Positions 42,576-57,238 of a stretch of DNA of 64,000 bases are shown here, one piece after another. The DNA comes from the human T2T-CHM13v2.0 reference genome, Homo sapiens. The stretch lies in NCBI RefSeq assembly GCF_009914755.1, contig NC_060942.1. The stretch is one strand, 5' to 3'. The first letter of the stretch is position 1. Every line of letters starts with the position of its first letter. Under the pieces are notes generated by a model that was given only the letters and a program-made list of their open reading frames with translations, did no database searches and was not told the DNA's origin. The translations under genes were made by a program, and so were the position numbers.

Positions 42576-44479
42576 GAGATCCTGTTTCCTAGTTCATCCC
42601 TGTCTTCTCAACTGTAAAGTAAAAATGACAGGGAAAAGAGAATTTCAAAGTGGAATTTCCCCAAAGAGTATTGAGAAAGTGAGAAAGATTTCATTTATCT
42701 ATTGAAATGAGGCAGCCAGGATTCAGGAAGAAAGGAACAGAAGAGCAGATGAAGCAAGTGCTGTCTGAAATTTTGGATCCAGATAAATATTTTGGTGGTG
42801 GTGGGTGTTATATATTCTGAGTTTTGCTGCTTAGGGGTCCACAAAACCCACACAGGAGGGCTCTGCTGCCCGCAGCTCCTGTTACAAGATTGTTCCCCAC
42901 ATACACAGCATTCACTTGTGCTTAAATCTAGAGCAGACACTTTTCAAAAAGAACAATAAAGACAACCAATTTACAAGTTCAATGATATAAATGTGAACAG
43001 TGATCTAAGAGATGGGGATAGAGACGGTGGGGGACAGGAGGGAACGAAGCAGAAGTGTTTTCTAAAAGGCAACCCTGCATTCACCTGTTGGAAAGGTGGC
43101 CTCTGTCACCCTTTTCAAGCAAATAACGAATCTGAATGATGATCAGGGTGTCCGGAACCCACCGCCTTCCCCCTACCTATTCATGCTCAGATTCAGGCTA
43201 TTACAAAACAAACCATAATGAAGGGAAAGTTTTAAATCCCACATTGGGTTGTTTCCTTTTAGAGAAATCACTGCAAAGGAAAAATAATAAGATCTAGTTG
43301 TCGTTTTCTAAAGCCTTTTTGGCTCTGAACTTCCAGATCTCCTGAATCCCAATAATAATCTGGTATTTTTTACAAAGATTGGGCCTACAGTCTCATTTCA
43401 TTGCACAGCTAGCTGCCAGAGTCTATGGGCGGCAGTTCCTGTGCTCTGTTTGCTGGGCTGTACAAACAGGAATAATACTGCAGAACTTCATTAGGATTTT
43501 AGGTGGATTAAACTGCTAATAGTTTCAAGTTTCTGTGTAAATTATAGCCATCATTTGCACATTTAAAACTCATTTGAGGGATTTGGAGAAGAAAAGAATT
43601 CTTTTCTAGACAAAGGGCCTTGGGACATAGCTAGTTTTGTCTTATGTTGATGATTGCAACAAAATTTATGGCTTATTACTCAAAGGCTTCCTTCCAAACT
43701 GCGCTTTTTGGAACTTTGAACTGTTTAACCTGAATGTTATCACGTTCAGTAGTTTTCTTTGTTTTCAGCTCATGGTATCAGAGGAAATCAAGCAGATCAC
43801 ATCTGTTTCCAGCGGAGTCCGTTATCCCCTCTGTAATACAGAATCAACATACATTCCCAGGGGCTTTCAAGTTATTAGAGTTATTTTTAAAGGAACAAGG
43901 ATACTCTTGGCCCTTCTGGCGTTATTTTCCTTCTAATCTCCCTGGCCATTTCAGTTTGGATGATTTCCGAGACTGTGGGACCCCACTTTCACCGTGCTAA
44001 GGACTGAAAGGCTACAACTACCTAGTCTTAATAATTCACTAGTGTCTCCAGATTTTGGAGCTCAGCACAGCCTTCTGACCTTGTAGCAGGGAACATAATG
44101 AAGGCCCTGGGAAAGTAAGAGAAGAGGATGAAGATTAGCTTAGTTTAGTTGGATTAAATTCTGACCTGCAACCTTTCATTTGCTCTATCTTAAAAAAAAA
44201 TCCTTATATAATTTATTCAGTCTCATAATTTATTCACAACTCATTTACTTCCTGGATCATTTCACCAACCTAGCCTGGTGTGCTTGACTCGCCTGCCTGT
44301 GCTCCCAGGGCTGCGTAGGGGAAGACAGCGTCATGGGCACACACAGGACCTTCTTGGTCTCCAGGAGTGTGCCAGAGAAGGGAAGTCTGCTTATACCAAC
44401 AGCTCAGCACCTCCTGCCTCTGCACACACCTTTCTCTCACAGATAGTGCAGGCTGCAGAAATAAGTAGTTTAGTGTTGT

Positions 44480-44670
44480 GAGTTCTGGAGCCAGTTTATC
44501 TCCTCCACTAACTAAATTACTTAATCTTGTCTGCCTCAATTTCCCCATCTGTAATGGGGATAATGACACTGATACCTTATTCATAGCATTGTAGTAAAGA
44601 TTAAAAGAGTGTAGTCAGTGTAGGCTAATGCTTAGCACGTAGTAAGCACTCATTAAACTTAGCTATCACC
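44480..44670. mobile_element. MIR
   Basis: tgcctcaatttccccatctgtaatggggataat..gtagtaagcactc. Confidence 0.8.
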
Positions 44671-46576
44671 TTATTGGTCCTAACATCTCCCAGCTTGATA
44701 CCCTCACTCTCCTGTTCCATTCATATTTTCTGGGATCCACATGGAACTGTATCTGTACTTATTATCTCTGAAGTAGGCTTACAGGATCAGCTGCTGTGAT
44801 TGAACTACCCCTACCCAGATGACATAGGTCCAATGCCACTCCAGAAAGCTTGCTCCATATGAGAATGAAAACACTTTTCTCCATTGCAACTTTGCTCATT
44901 TTGCAATTAACCGGGACCCTTTAATTTCAATTTGCTCAATAACTCAGATTTCAAACTCATGACACACTGTAGTCAAATTAGAAATTTGCAAAAACACAAC
45001 CAAGAGACATTCTTCAGACCAGAAGTTGGAAGATTTCATAGAAAGGACCTTCAAACCTTGGTATGACATCTCTATATAAGAAGACAGAAACGGTCAACCC
45101 CAGATCAAAAACAGGATACAAAATAACTCCTTCTCTTCATTCCTTCCTTACCCTTTTCATACCTCTGCCAATAAAAAACAAAATGACAAAAAAGCATGAC
45201 AAAATAAAACAATAAGCATACAACTAGAGTCACTAGATTTAGCAAATAAAACTATTGCGTGGGATATACTTCCACTAAAAAACTCTTTGTTGTTTACCTA
45301 AAATTCGGATTTAACTAGGCATCCTATATGTTATTTGCAGCCCCACCACAGTGTACCTGATAGCCTCTCAATTTTCTCATGGAACATGCAAAGGACAAAA
45401 GAGCCCGATAAGACAGAAAACATGAAATGCAACATTAAATTTATTTTAGAAGAGAATAAGCAGAAAAAAAAAAAACAAGCAAAGCCTGGATGGAACAACA
45501 GAACTTCAAAGCCTGAGGATAGTGTTTCCAAGCTGGGCTGGGCTTAGCCTTGGGGTTTCTCATAGTTAGAGGTTGCATGGTTTGTGTTTCTAGCCCTTTC
45601 CTATGGAACACTGCCATGCTAGAGGGACAGGCAGTTGCTCCTGCACGCAGTCCCCAGGGTCCCACAAATGAACTTCTGAAGAGATAGAGCTCAACTCACT
45701 TTCAAGAACTTCAGCTTTGAAACCAAGGATAAACTCATGCTAGTGTCAAGATCAAGATCAAGCTCATTTCTTGTATTTCTGAGAGGAATCAAAGAAGTTC
45801 AAGCCCAAACACTTCCACCACAGAAACAGTGGAAAAAAGAAATGGTGCAAGATCTAAAGAGCCTTCCTTAGAACACATCAGGCAGATTCTGCTGCCTCCG
45901 TTCCAGGTCAATAGCATGTAGCAATGACAGCTTCTATCTCTGTCTTCAGCCCCATTCATTTGTCTTTCTCAGTGACAGACCTATCAGGGGTGGTGTCTCT
46001 AATAAGTGGGGTTCATTTTTATACATTCAGTTTTCCCCAATAGCCTGAATTTTCTACCATTTTTCATGTACACCATCAAAGCTGGATTCTGTGCGATTCT
46101 TACGAAATAATTGAGGTCTGAGATGAGAAACTAGAGTTTGTTGGCAGGCCTGAAAGCAGATCAAAGCTGAGCCTGGAAAAAACTTTGCAGGGAGGGCTCC
46201 ATCAATGGAGCAGCCAAGATGAGACCCACAGCTGAATGTGCCCTGTGTTCCCAAAACATATCCTAAATGTCCACACTAATGTCATTCATATCATTTTGTA
46301 TAATCTACAAGCGCATGGAGAGATGACTTGTCCTACTGAGAGCTAATTGCTCACATGTCTGATCTGCTTTCAAAATTAATTGTGATATGAGCTGCTGTGT
46401 ATACACCGCAGGAAAAAGGATACACACAGATAAAGAACTAGTTTTCAAACGTAAAGAAAGAAACCCAAGAATTCCAAGTAGCAATTCCTGGATTGCTACT
46501 TGGGTGGCAGAGCTCTGATTCATCCAGTAAGGATTTTCTTAAGCACCTCTGTGTACCCCACCCTATGATTCTTGCA

Positions 46577-47230
46577 TCATTCACTCAACAAATATTTACT
46601 GAGTGTCTATTGTGTTATCGTTATCGTTCTAGGCAGTAGGGATAAAGTAGTGGTGATCTGTGCAAACACAGTCACTCTCAGTGGTGGGAGTTTGAGATAA
46701 AAAACAAGTAAATAAACAAGTGAGAAAATTTCAAATCTTGGTGAGCGGTACGAAGAAATTAAAAGAGGTTGCTGTGACTGGTCACACGGGCAGCAAGAGA
46801 GAACAATTTAGATTGGGAATTCAGGGAAGGCTTCTCCAAGAAGTGTCATTCCACTGAGAACTGAAAGCTGAAAAGGAGTCGATCACTTGAAAGTATTCCT
46901 GGGGAAAAAATAATAAAGGACACGGTGTTATTATCATATAATCTAATTAGATTCATCAGTACACCTTAGGCAAAAAAGAAGAAAAAGATCATTGAGGGAG
47001 ACAATTAGTTAGGGAATACTTCATGAGTCTGGATCCCCCCCGGCTTGACCTGGCATGGATTTGGGTGAGTGGAGGAAAGGGATAGGGTGGGGCATAACTT
47101 CTTTGATTGGTGTACAGGGCCACACAAGGTGGCAGGGAAGACATGATGGCCTAGGTAGCAGGCAGCTAAGTGTGCCATTGACAGAGATGGTAAGAAACGT
47201 AGAGTGGGAAGGGGCCTTAAGGTACTTAAT
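46577..47230 (-). mobile_element. L2 fragments
   Basis: cattcactcaacaaatatttactgagtgtctattgtg; cagggaaggcttctccaagaagtg. Confidence 0.7.
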
Positions 47231-47234
47231 GCTC

Positions 47235-47392
47235 AAATTATAATCCAAGAACCAGCAGCATCAGTGCCACCTGGGAGGTGGTTAGCAGTATAGAATCTTG
47301 GGGTCCATTGCAAACCTGATGATTCCAAATCTTCATTTTCACAAGATGCTCAGGTGATTTGCATGCATGTTAAACCTCAAGAACCACTGCTG
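47235..47392. mobile_element. MER5A
   Basis: ccagcagcatcagtgccacctggga..caagatgctcaggtgattt..aagaaccactg. Confidence 0.8.
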
Positions 47393-48835
47393 TATTCCAA
47401 TTTTCTCATTTTAGGGATAGGGTAACAGAATTTAAATGATCCCCATCTTTACCATCCTAGGCTTGTGGAGGGTGTGTGTGTGTGTAAGAAAGAGAATATT
47501 TTGCTTTTAAATATGTATTTCAAATAGTGAACCTGGAGGTCTGTGACACCTGTGGCTAAATGTATGTTTCTTACGTAGGGCAGCAGCATGTTTTTTTTAG
47601 CTAGAGTAGAAGAGGAAAGTTAAAATTTGGTGGCTTTTTCAGATCTATGCATCTGTTTAGGAAACAGACTTGGTGAATTTGGGGCCTTAATTCAGCTTTC
47701 CGGGAGATCGAATTTACTTTGGGATTACTCTTTGGATTTAGACCATTTGTACCCGAGTAATTAAGCCCCTTCCAGTCATATGACCTTGAGCAGGTCACTT
47801 AAGTCTCTGCATATAGTTGTATTGTCTACGAGGGTGACTTGTAACTCTTTTTCAGGGTAGTTGTGAGGAAGAAATGAGATCATCAGTGGCAGTGGCAGCA
47901 TCAGTTATTTGTGGAGAAGGGGAAGTCTGGTCCTGCCTCATCTCCACTGTCCCTCCAGGGCCCCACCAAGTGAATAGATGGAAGAAAAAGATGAGTACTG
48001 GCTAGGTATATATCACTGTCCCTAAGCCTATTCCATACAGAAATCATGGAGCTGCCACTACAGATGTTGCTTGGGGTATGGGCGATGAGGCCTGTAAAGT
48101 ATTATTTAGACGTTAATGGTGGTGTGATGATGATGGTGAATAGTTACAGAGTGGCCATTCCCTATTGGGCACTGTGCTGGGTACTGGAGATGCAGTCAAG
48201 GTCAAGTGCTACCTATGAAGTTTGGGTCAGATCTGAAAGATACACGATGGTTCCCCAGAATGCTTTGTAGTTCTGAATGAGTCCCAGCCAGGCGGCAGTG
48301 GCTTCCTGGTCTCCACTCTCTCACCTCCTTATCTTCTGAGCCTCACCCTCCGAGAGCAATTGTGTTTTGCAATAGGCTTAGGTTTCCTTAAATCTCAGAC
48401 CCATGCCATTGGAGCATCCTGTGAGTCCCACCATTTAGGAATCAGGGGCGGCCTCTAGTATCTCCACAGTGTTTGGAAATCTCCACTACTGAGTTATTAA
48501 ACATGTAACTCAACGTGTAAGGGAGCAAAGGGTCACACTGTGGCATGAAATTTCACATTTGAAGCAGTGCCAACCCTTCTTTTTGCACACAACTTTCAGA
48601 TGACCCCATGGCAACATCTGTAAGACATTTATATTCTTTAGGGGTGTAAATACAGAGTCATAGTGAAAGTGAAAACTGCCTCCCTCAAATTATCATCACA
48701 AAGCATATATATGTCTAATATATAAAACCAATAAATCAACACTGATGATGTGTTTTTATCCAATGAAACTCTTATGATCTTATCCCAACCATAAAAGATA
48801 TGTTAAATGATTAAAATGCACTAAAGTAATAAATA

Positions 48836-48885
48836 GTATGTGTGTATACATACACACACACACACACACACACATATATGTGTAT
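48836..48885. repeat. (CA)n microsatellite
   Basis: Directly visible. Confidence 0.93.
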
Positions 48886-51800
48886 ATTCTCAGAAGGAAA
48901 AATGCACACAACATTTTTCACACTAAATTTAGTCCTGAATTTCTATAAAATCTTACAAACTGAGCTGGCTTCTTCATACTAAAGAAGATAAACTCTTACA
49001 ATCTGAGCTGGCTTCTTTACACTAAAGAAGATTAAAGTATCAATACATCAGAAAAGCATCACAAATATTTCTTTTCTAGTGAGAAAGATGCCAACATCAC
49101 TTCTTGACAGGCAAAGCAAAGTGATTACATAGCTTTCTATAGAGGCAAAATAATGGTATGGTGTATTGGAAAATGATATGCAGAAAAATCAGAGATAATA
49201 TTTCAAAATATTTCTGAATTTCATTATTTTCCAAAGCCATGCCCCACAAGGATCAGGGCTTGATTACTGAAAAATTTACAGAGAGAGGGAGAGAGAGAGG
49301 TAAGTATTTACAGCAAATTGTGTAAGAACTTAGTATATTCACCTTACAAAGAGGCTGTGTCACAGATTTCCTCCAAATTCCTCCCAATCACTTACAGCTT
49401 CTGACTTTTGATGACATTAATATTAATGCAATGATAGAAAGATTATACTTTCTAGAAATTTGATACCAATCAGTGTTATAGCTCCACTTTTTTCGGAGCA
49501 GGGAGGGGTTAAGAAATGTTTTTTCCATTTACAGAGATAAATATGTGTATGATCAAGGCTAAGAATCCGCAACCCAAGGGAGGAGAATGAGAAAAGATCG
49601 TAATTTACAGCAGTTACCTCGAGCTTACTCATCAGAACGCAGATAGGTTTAATGGCTTATTCTAGAAATGTGGGAACTCAGAATTTCTGCAGCTTCGTTT
49701 TGTAAGCAGTAAAGGAATTGCCCTGCAGCCTATCGCAGCGGAAGGTGAGGTGAGGAATCCCAGTTGGACTGGGGTCAGGGGGCCATGCTGCTCACCTCTG
49801 AGGAAGTTACGAGACTACAGGATTTCATCAATGGAGCTAGTGCTCCGATTTTCTGTTCCTGTCTCTATTGGCCTGCGGAGATATCAAAATGTCAGCTAGT
49901 TTCTGTCTCTAAGCAAGACAGGTTCTAAACTATGTCAAAGTATTGAATCTTTTCCCTGGATGATCTCTTCACCTCATAGGTGAGGAGGAGACTTGAAATG
50001 TCCTATTTATTTAAAAGATGCAGAAAGTCAAACTAGATAATTTCATTCCTTCGTTGCTTTTTCAGCCATGAAAATCTCAAGGGCATATTGCATAACCTGT
50101 TGGACCCAATACATATTAATGCACTATTTAAATGGTGCATAATGTTGAATAGTTGGTATCAAATGATGTAGTTTAAAAAAGTACTAGATGGCTTTTAAGA
50201 TTCCTTCCTGTTCTCTGAGCCCTCATATTCTCACTTAAAGCTGTGGAAACTCGGGATAGGTCCTTCAGGTAACGCTCATTAGCCCACTTTTTCTGCTTCT
50301 CTTGTGCAACCAGAAACATTGGTTTATACAAAACATGGTAAAATTACAATTCCCACAACACACAGAAGCTACTGGTTTGGGTTTGTACTTTGTCCCCAGT
50401 TGGAGTTGCGATTCGCAAATCTCTTCAGGAGGTGGGACATTTGAAAATCTCAGAGTGCTTCTTGGAATATTATGAAATATCAAACTTAAAATAAATTCAC
50501 ATACGATTTTGATTGTATCTATCACGAAACCATCTGACATTCGATTCTTACATAGAAATATAGTAGACATCAAATATGTAAGGAATACTTATAGAAGAAA
50601 ACCTTAAAGCTATGAACCTTTGTCTGATAACATTATTTCTCCTAAAAATTGGAAAAGAACACACTCATTCTATTTGAGCCATGGGACATCTTGACCTAGT
50701 TATGGAAAACCAGTATTTCTCAAAGAATATAATTTTAAAAAACATGGTCTTAGCTATTGAATGGTTAGGTACTAAGAATCTCTGTCTTCGGCCATTATTT
50801 TTGGTTTTGCCACTTAACATATTGACCTTTGCAATCACACTGCAAACACCTACCTGCTTTCTTATTCACTGCTCTTTCTACCTTCTTTCAGCAACATGGC
50901 TGTTCAGGTTTATTTAGCTCATTAACTACCTTGTTTCTCTAGACAATACCCCAGAGATATTAGCTGGCATTTTTTTCCTAGCTGAGTGTCACTTAGTTTA
51001 TCCTAGTGCATTTTCTTCATCCAAGGAAAACAAACGCTTTGCTATCATTTCTCTATCCTTCCAGTGTCTATGACACCTTCTTCGTTTTGTCTCACCATTT
51101 GTTAGGGTTCTGTTTACTCCCTTCTCCTGATCGTTAGTGAACCCGCAGAAGCTCAGGATCACCAGGGGAATTCATCTTCTAGTTATCTGTATTCAAGATC
51201 TCATTATCCACAGAGGGACAAGTACCTAGGGCCCTGTATTGTTTCAAGACAGAGAAAGAGGTTAACCCACTTTGAGTCTATTTTTAAAGAAACATTCTAT
51301 GAAATATTTCTCTACCTAATCCAGGTGATATGCTTACATCTAGTTCAAACACTTCTATTGTACTTCTGTCTTCAGCATTTTATCATTACTGTTCATTCGA
51401 TAGATTACCTAACTTTTTCAACACAGTATCTCTGTGTGAGGCTGATCATGATGGACTAGCTGTTTGCAAAACTCTCTAGGAGGCTTTGGAGGCTCTTCTT
51501 CCTGCAGCCCCCACTCTTGGTAGGATTCTCAGGCAGAAGGGTTATCAACCCTGTGCCTCTGGAGGAAGCACTTCTTCCCATGCGAGACCCCACTGTTCAT
51601 CTACGCAGCCTCTCTGGGTGTTCCTTTTCATCTTCTAGGAACTCTGCTAGCTTCTACTCTCACCTGTGGGCATTTTCCTGGCTAGGCTACCACTTTTCTC
51701 ATATCCTCCAACTAAATGCAATAACATTTTTTAGAGTTTTGCTGTCAATCTCATGAGCCAGTAGCTTGCATAATGTAAGTAATACACCTGAGGAATTACA

Positions 51801-52329
51801 GGGATTACAAGATCTTACCAACTGATGAGGTTGTAAATAGAAGTCACATTGGCTTTATTGCAGTTAACTTTATTTCTGAGAGTGTGGCTCACCCATCTTC
51901 CCTCCTGTCCTACAATTAGCAAAGACTACATAGATCTTTGTCATAGATCTTCCTAGTACTGTGTGCTTGAAGAGCCGGACAAAACCTTAGTTGCATGCTA
52001 GTCTAAAAAAATGTGAGTGATTTGTATCTCAGAGACATTCTAGATTGAAAAGATGGCCCTGGCCCCTACCTAGAACCTAGAATTCCACCATTTCTCATTC
52101 TCATTCACTAACTACTTCCACTGCTTCAGCACTCTTCACCTATTTTAAGATTTCAGGCAAATTCTTCCTTTAGTCAGCTAGAAAGTAAGCTCAATAAGAG
52201 CAGCTACGTCATCTTTTTCACTGCTGCATCCTTCACACCAAGGAAAGTGACTGGCCAATATCTATTGCACTCCTTCCATGTACTGGACAGTGAACAGATT
52301 GGTGGGCAAAGGGGAGTCTCCAAAAATGC

Positions 52330-54630
52330 ATTAAAATTATTAGAGAGCAACCTGTTAATCAAGTAGCCTATATAAGTAAGAAGAACTAGAAGGAGGTTTT
52401 AACTGTTGAATAAGTACAGGAAAATGCCTTATTTCTGAATAGAAAACCAATATTATAAATATGTCAATCATTCCTTTTGTTTAATGCAATTCCAATCAAC
52501 ATCCGACTGGATTTGTCTTTTTAACTTATCAACATTACTCTAGGGATCTACTCAAGAGACATGAAGACAAATTTTCACATAAAACTTGTAGGTGAATATT
52601 CATAACAGCATTATTCATGGTAGCTTAAAAAGTAGAACCAATGCAAATACCCATCAGCTAGTGAATGGATCCTCAAAATGTGACATATCCATGCAATGGA
52701 ATATTACTCAACAATAAAAAGAAATGGAATACAATTACTTGCCACAACATGGATGATTTCAAAAGCATTATGCTCAGTGAAATAAACCAGACACAAAAAA
52801 CTACATATTGGAATGTATCACTCCATTTGTAGTGAAAGTCTAGAAAAGGCAAATCTAGAGTGATAGAACTAGATTAGTAGTTGCCCAGGGGTTGGAGTGG
52901 GATTGAGGAGTGACTGCAAGTGCACACAAAAGGTTCTTCCCCATTTTTTTTTTTTGGTGAGGGGAGTGATGAAAATGTTCTGAAATGAAACCATGATGAT
53001 GGTTACACAAGTCTTTAAATACACCAAAGTCCATTGAATTGTACGCTTAAAACTGATGAATTTTGTGCTATGTAAATCATGTCTTAACAAAGTAAAATAG
53101 AATATTTTAAAGATTATGTGTAAGAATAGAGAGGTATGAGTAGCCAAGGCACTTTTAGAGAAAAAAAAAAGTAGTGATGGGATACTAATTATTACCTTTG
53201 GGAAAAGTCTTAGAAGGAGAATTTCTGGATTAAAGGTGTACACAAAATGAATAATAACAGCAATTGAATAAAATAAGAATCCATGAGTCCATATTAGAGT
53301 TAGGTAGGTTCCTGGCCAACAGATAAAACAGATTCTCTGTAACCAACAGAGGTGCTGAAAGTTAAAACAGAACCAGTCTGCCATGGCTGCGTGAGGGGGT
53401 GGTGGTCATATAGTCAGTATTCTCAGAAAGGTGTTGCAAAAGTGTCACAGGGCCTCCCTTTGTATGATCAAGCCAAACCAGTTTCTGATGGTGCCTAGAT
53501 AAACTGTGGCCAGAAACACCCTCTCCCCACCACCCGGCCGAAGAACTATCTTACAAAGACTTCTAGTTTGGGGCTTGGAAGCCACCCAATCAGACTGGCA
53601 CAAGTTTAAATCTTTCATTTGCATACGTGGACCTGATTGAGAATCGGGGTGAGAAACTTTCCCTGTTTAAGCCAGACCCTCCCTTTGTTCTTAGGCGAGC
53701 ACATTTTCACTTGTATTGAAAGCTGTGCCTCCCCAGTCTGCAGACATTTTTTAAGAAAATAAAGCTCTCTGTCCTCCACAGTCTTTTTTTTTTTTCAGCA
53801 ATAATGAGCAAACCAATCTAGACAAAAAACCTCACTGCTTAAACAAATAACCCAAAATGAATCAGATTTAAAAGCAAAATAAAACTATAAAATGTTTAGA
53901 ACATGGGAAAAAATCTGTGGGACATGGGGCTTGAAGAGTTCTTCAACATGACACCAAAAGCACAATCCATAAATGAAAAAATAATTGATAAGTTGAGCGT
54001 TATCAAAATTAAAACGTTTGCTTTGCAGGAGACCCTGTTAAGAGAATCAAAAGATAAGTTACAGATCGTGAGAAAATATTTGTAAACCGCATGTCTGACT
54101 CTTATTTAGAATATATAAAGAGCCCTTAAAACTCAACAGTAAAAGAAAAAACAATCTGATAGGAAAATGGGCTATAAAATGAACATTTTATCAAAGAGGA
54201 TTTATAGATGACACATAAGTCTATGAAAAGATGTTCAACATCACTAGCCATTAGGAAAATGCAAATTAAGATGTTGACGAGCTATTTCTATATTCCCAAT
54301 AGAACAGCAAAAGAGAAAACTGAGGTCCATAGAAGTTAAATCATTTACCCAAGGTCACAGCTAACAAATTGGTAGAGTCAGGATTTGAACGTAAGCAGCC
54401 AAACTCTAGAGAACACATTTTTAACAACTGAGCTATATTCCCTTGTTTCCTATAAAAACAATTAGACATGCAAAAATTTATGTACATTGATGTTCATCAT
54501 TACTTTCTTGAAAATGGTGAAAACTAGAAAAACTTCAATTTTGAAAAGTAGAGAATTGGTTAGATCATTTATAAGCTATCCATCTCTATCCATCTATTGT
54601 ATGAAAAAATCAGCATCCATTAAAAACAAT
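52330..54630 (+). mobile_element. Cluster of old L1M fragments (3' ORF2 and 3'UTR) interrupted by an LTR and a MIR
   Basis: tttaatgcaattccaatc; acaacatggatg..cattatgctcagtgaaataaaccagacac; atgacaccaaaagcacaatcc; aaaagatgttcaacatcactagcc. MIR at ~54310-54440. Confidence 0.75.
53291..53800 (+). mobile_element. ERV1-class solo LTR (subfamily not identified)
   Basis: GC-richer block inside L1M sequence with CCAAT, tttaagcc (TATA-like) and aataaagctctc followed by a terminal CA. Confidence 0.55.
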
Positions 54631-54639
54631 GCTGTAGAG

Positions 54640-54864
54640 TTAAGGTCAGCAAACTGTTTCTGCAAAAAAAACAGACAGTAACTATTTTAGGCTTTGCCCA
54701 CCCTATGGTCTCTATCAGAATATTCAACTCTGCCACTGTAGTGCAAAAGCAGCCATGGGCAATGTGTAAGAATGAGTGATGTGTGGGTGTGTTTCAATAC
54801 GTTTATTTGCAAAAACAGGCAATGCGATGGCTTTGCCTTATAGTTCATAGCTTGCTGATCCCTG
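54640..54864. mobile_element. MER58A (hAT) with 8-bp TSD
   Basis: gtcagcaaactg..attttaggctttg..ttgctgatccctg; TSD ctgtagag at 54632-54639 and 54865-54872. Confidence 0.9.
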
Positions 54865-54991
54865 CTGTAGAGTAACTACATATAATGTTGACATGAAATG
54901 TTCATGATATACTAAGTGAAAAGAGAATATTAGAATTAAAAAATGTATAATTCAAATGTAAATGATTTTGGAAATTGGAAACTTATAGGTG

Positions 54992-55412
54992 TGTGCAACA
55001 GATACTGCTGTTTGGCTACCTAAAAGTTGCTGCTAAACCTTTCCTTGTCTTCTGCTCTACAGGTTGGGAAGCCAGATATCCACATTATCTCACATCACAT
55101 CACTGAGCTCTGTGGCCCAGTTCTGACTACATGTTAGAAGCAGAAGTCTGCAGGGGATGGCTTCTGAGAAAACTTGTATTTATTATTTAAATTTAACCTT
55201 CTAGCCTGGGAATAAATTCCAGCTTGCTTAGAACAATACAGCACAGAAGAGAGCCTGAGTTCCTGGTGCATCCCTGTGCCAGTGTCTCAATCCTGCCCCA
55301 CCGATTTCCAATTTCTTATTATGTGAAAAGCAACCCTCCCTTCTTTGATTAAGTCATTATTGATAGGGTTTTTTTGGTGACTTGCATCCAAATGCATTCC
55401 TTAACTCAAACA
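54992..55412 (+). mobile_element. Old MLT1 (J/K-like) LTR
   Basis: tgtgcaacagatactgctg..gtggcccagttctgac..tgacttgcatccaaatgcattcctt. Confidence 0.65.
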
Positions 55413-56036
55413 AAATAGAAGGGGAATTCCACATTCACACTGTTGCATCAGACAAGCTCTGGCTTCTCAGAACTTTAGTTTTCCATTTACTAGAGCTCAG
55501 AATCAAAGAGACAGTAAAGAAACCCATTTAAAAATTGCTTGGCATATATATCTTGGGTGATGGGACTTCATGGGTAATATTTTTAAAATTTCTTTGTGTA
55601 TTTTTCTTTTATTGTCAAACGTTATTAAAGAGACCATAGATACCTTTTGTAATTATAATAAAAAACAAAATGTTACTAAGAACAGTGAGAACTCTTAAGC
55701 TAACTACAAGATAATTAATATATAACTGCAAAATATAAAATACCAAAGCCATTTTCAAATAAAGAAACAGAGCCACATGAAACTTTGCAGTTTAGCCAAA
55801 GTCATTTCAGGATTCTGAAGCTGGGGAGGAAGCAAGGCTTACTTAGCCCGTGGCTAGAATTCACTTTTGAAAACTCCATTTTTGTCCATTCCCTCTTATC
55901 ACTACTTGCTTGCAAGTTAGGAAACAAATTAGAACAAAAGCATTGTTTGTCGTCAGTGGTCAATGTTCATTGCTTTACCAGAGGCTCGGGATTAGAAGAT
56001 TCTCAGAACCAGTTAGCTCCTGATACAATCGGGCCT

Positions 56037-56409
56037 TGATATGGTTTGGATTTGTGTCCCCACCCAAATCTCATGTCGAATTAGAGGAGGGGCCTGGTGG
56101 GAGGTGATTGGATCATGGGGGCAGATTTCCCTCTTGCTGTTCTCATGATAGTGACTGAGTTCTCAAAGATCTTAGGGTTTAAAACTTTTGTGGCACTTCC
56201 ATCTTCGCTCTCTCTTCCTCTCTCATGCTGCCATGTGAAGAAGGTGCCTGCTTCCCCTTTGCTTTCTGCCATGATTGTACGTTTCCTGAGGCCTCCCAGT
56301 TGTGCTTCCTGATAAGCCTATGGAACTGTGAGTCAATTAAATCTCTTTTCTATATAAATAACCCAGTCTCAGGTAGTTCTTTATAGTAGTGTACAAATAG
56401 ACTAATACA
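56037..56409 (+). mobile_element. MSTA/THE1D-type MaLR solo LTR
   Basis: tgatatggtttggatttgtgtccccacccaaatctcatg..gaactgtgagtcaattaaa..gactaataca; 5-bp TSD ggcct. Confidence 0.95.
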
Positions 56410-56496
56410 GGCCTGAAATAAGTTGACATCTAAAAGCCACCTGAATTATTTCTGGGAATAGACTGAGGTACTTTCTGTTTTAAAATTCTTGGCTTT

Positions 56497-57238
56497 TGTT
56501 ACCCAGCCAAACTGGGGCCTGCTTGCCCAGTGCAGTAAGGCCAAACATGCACACTGAGTTTATGCAGTGGGAGAAAAGAAGGTGTTTTATTTGCAGAGTG
56601 CCAAGCAAGGAGAATACAGCAGCTCACACTTAAGACTCAAACTCCCCAATGGCTTGCAGGTAAGGGTTTTTAACAGAAGGGATAAATTTCAGGAAAACAA
56701 ATTATAGGCAAAATCATAAATCAATATATGGAAGTTATACATTGGTTTGGCCTAAAAAGGCAGAATATCTTGAAGTGGGGTCTTACAGGTCATAGACAGA
56801 TTCAAAGATTTTCTGATTTGCAATTGGTTAAAGAAGGGAATCTTTGTCTAAAGACTTGGAATCAGCAGAAAAGAATATGAGATCTGACTCGTGGTTGTTG
56901 CTTCCTCCACGCCCCTCAGAAAGAAACTTCGAACAACGCATGGCAGTCAGAGTTCAGTCTACAGCCCCCCGTCATCTGAGGTCTCCGTGCCAGTGGGTCC
57001 ATTTGGTGGGGGTCTGAGTTTCTGAAAACTCAGGGACATATATTATAACATTATCTTCACTTTCTTGAGGGAACCAATGTCTCCTGATTCTAGCTTCCTT
57101 GGCTATTGTTTTAAGCTACTGTTACCTTCTCACTTACCAAGTTGCTCATTTACTTCTTAGGAATAGCTAGGTGCCTGGAATTTCCCTTGAAGGAACTCAA
57201 GATTTTCCTTTGAAAGCAGGGGTCCCTGCTTCATCTCA
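56497..57238 (-). mobile_element. ERV1 (MER4-group) solo LTR, ~740 bp
   Basis: TG..CA termini, minus-strand AATAAA (ttttattt ~56586), flanks cttt/gttt, MER4-group-like gattttctgatttgcaattggttaaag. Confidence 0.75.
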
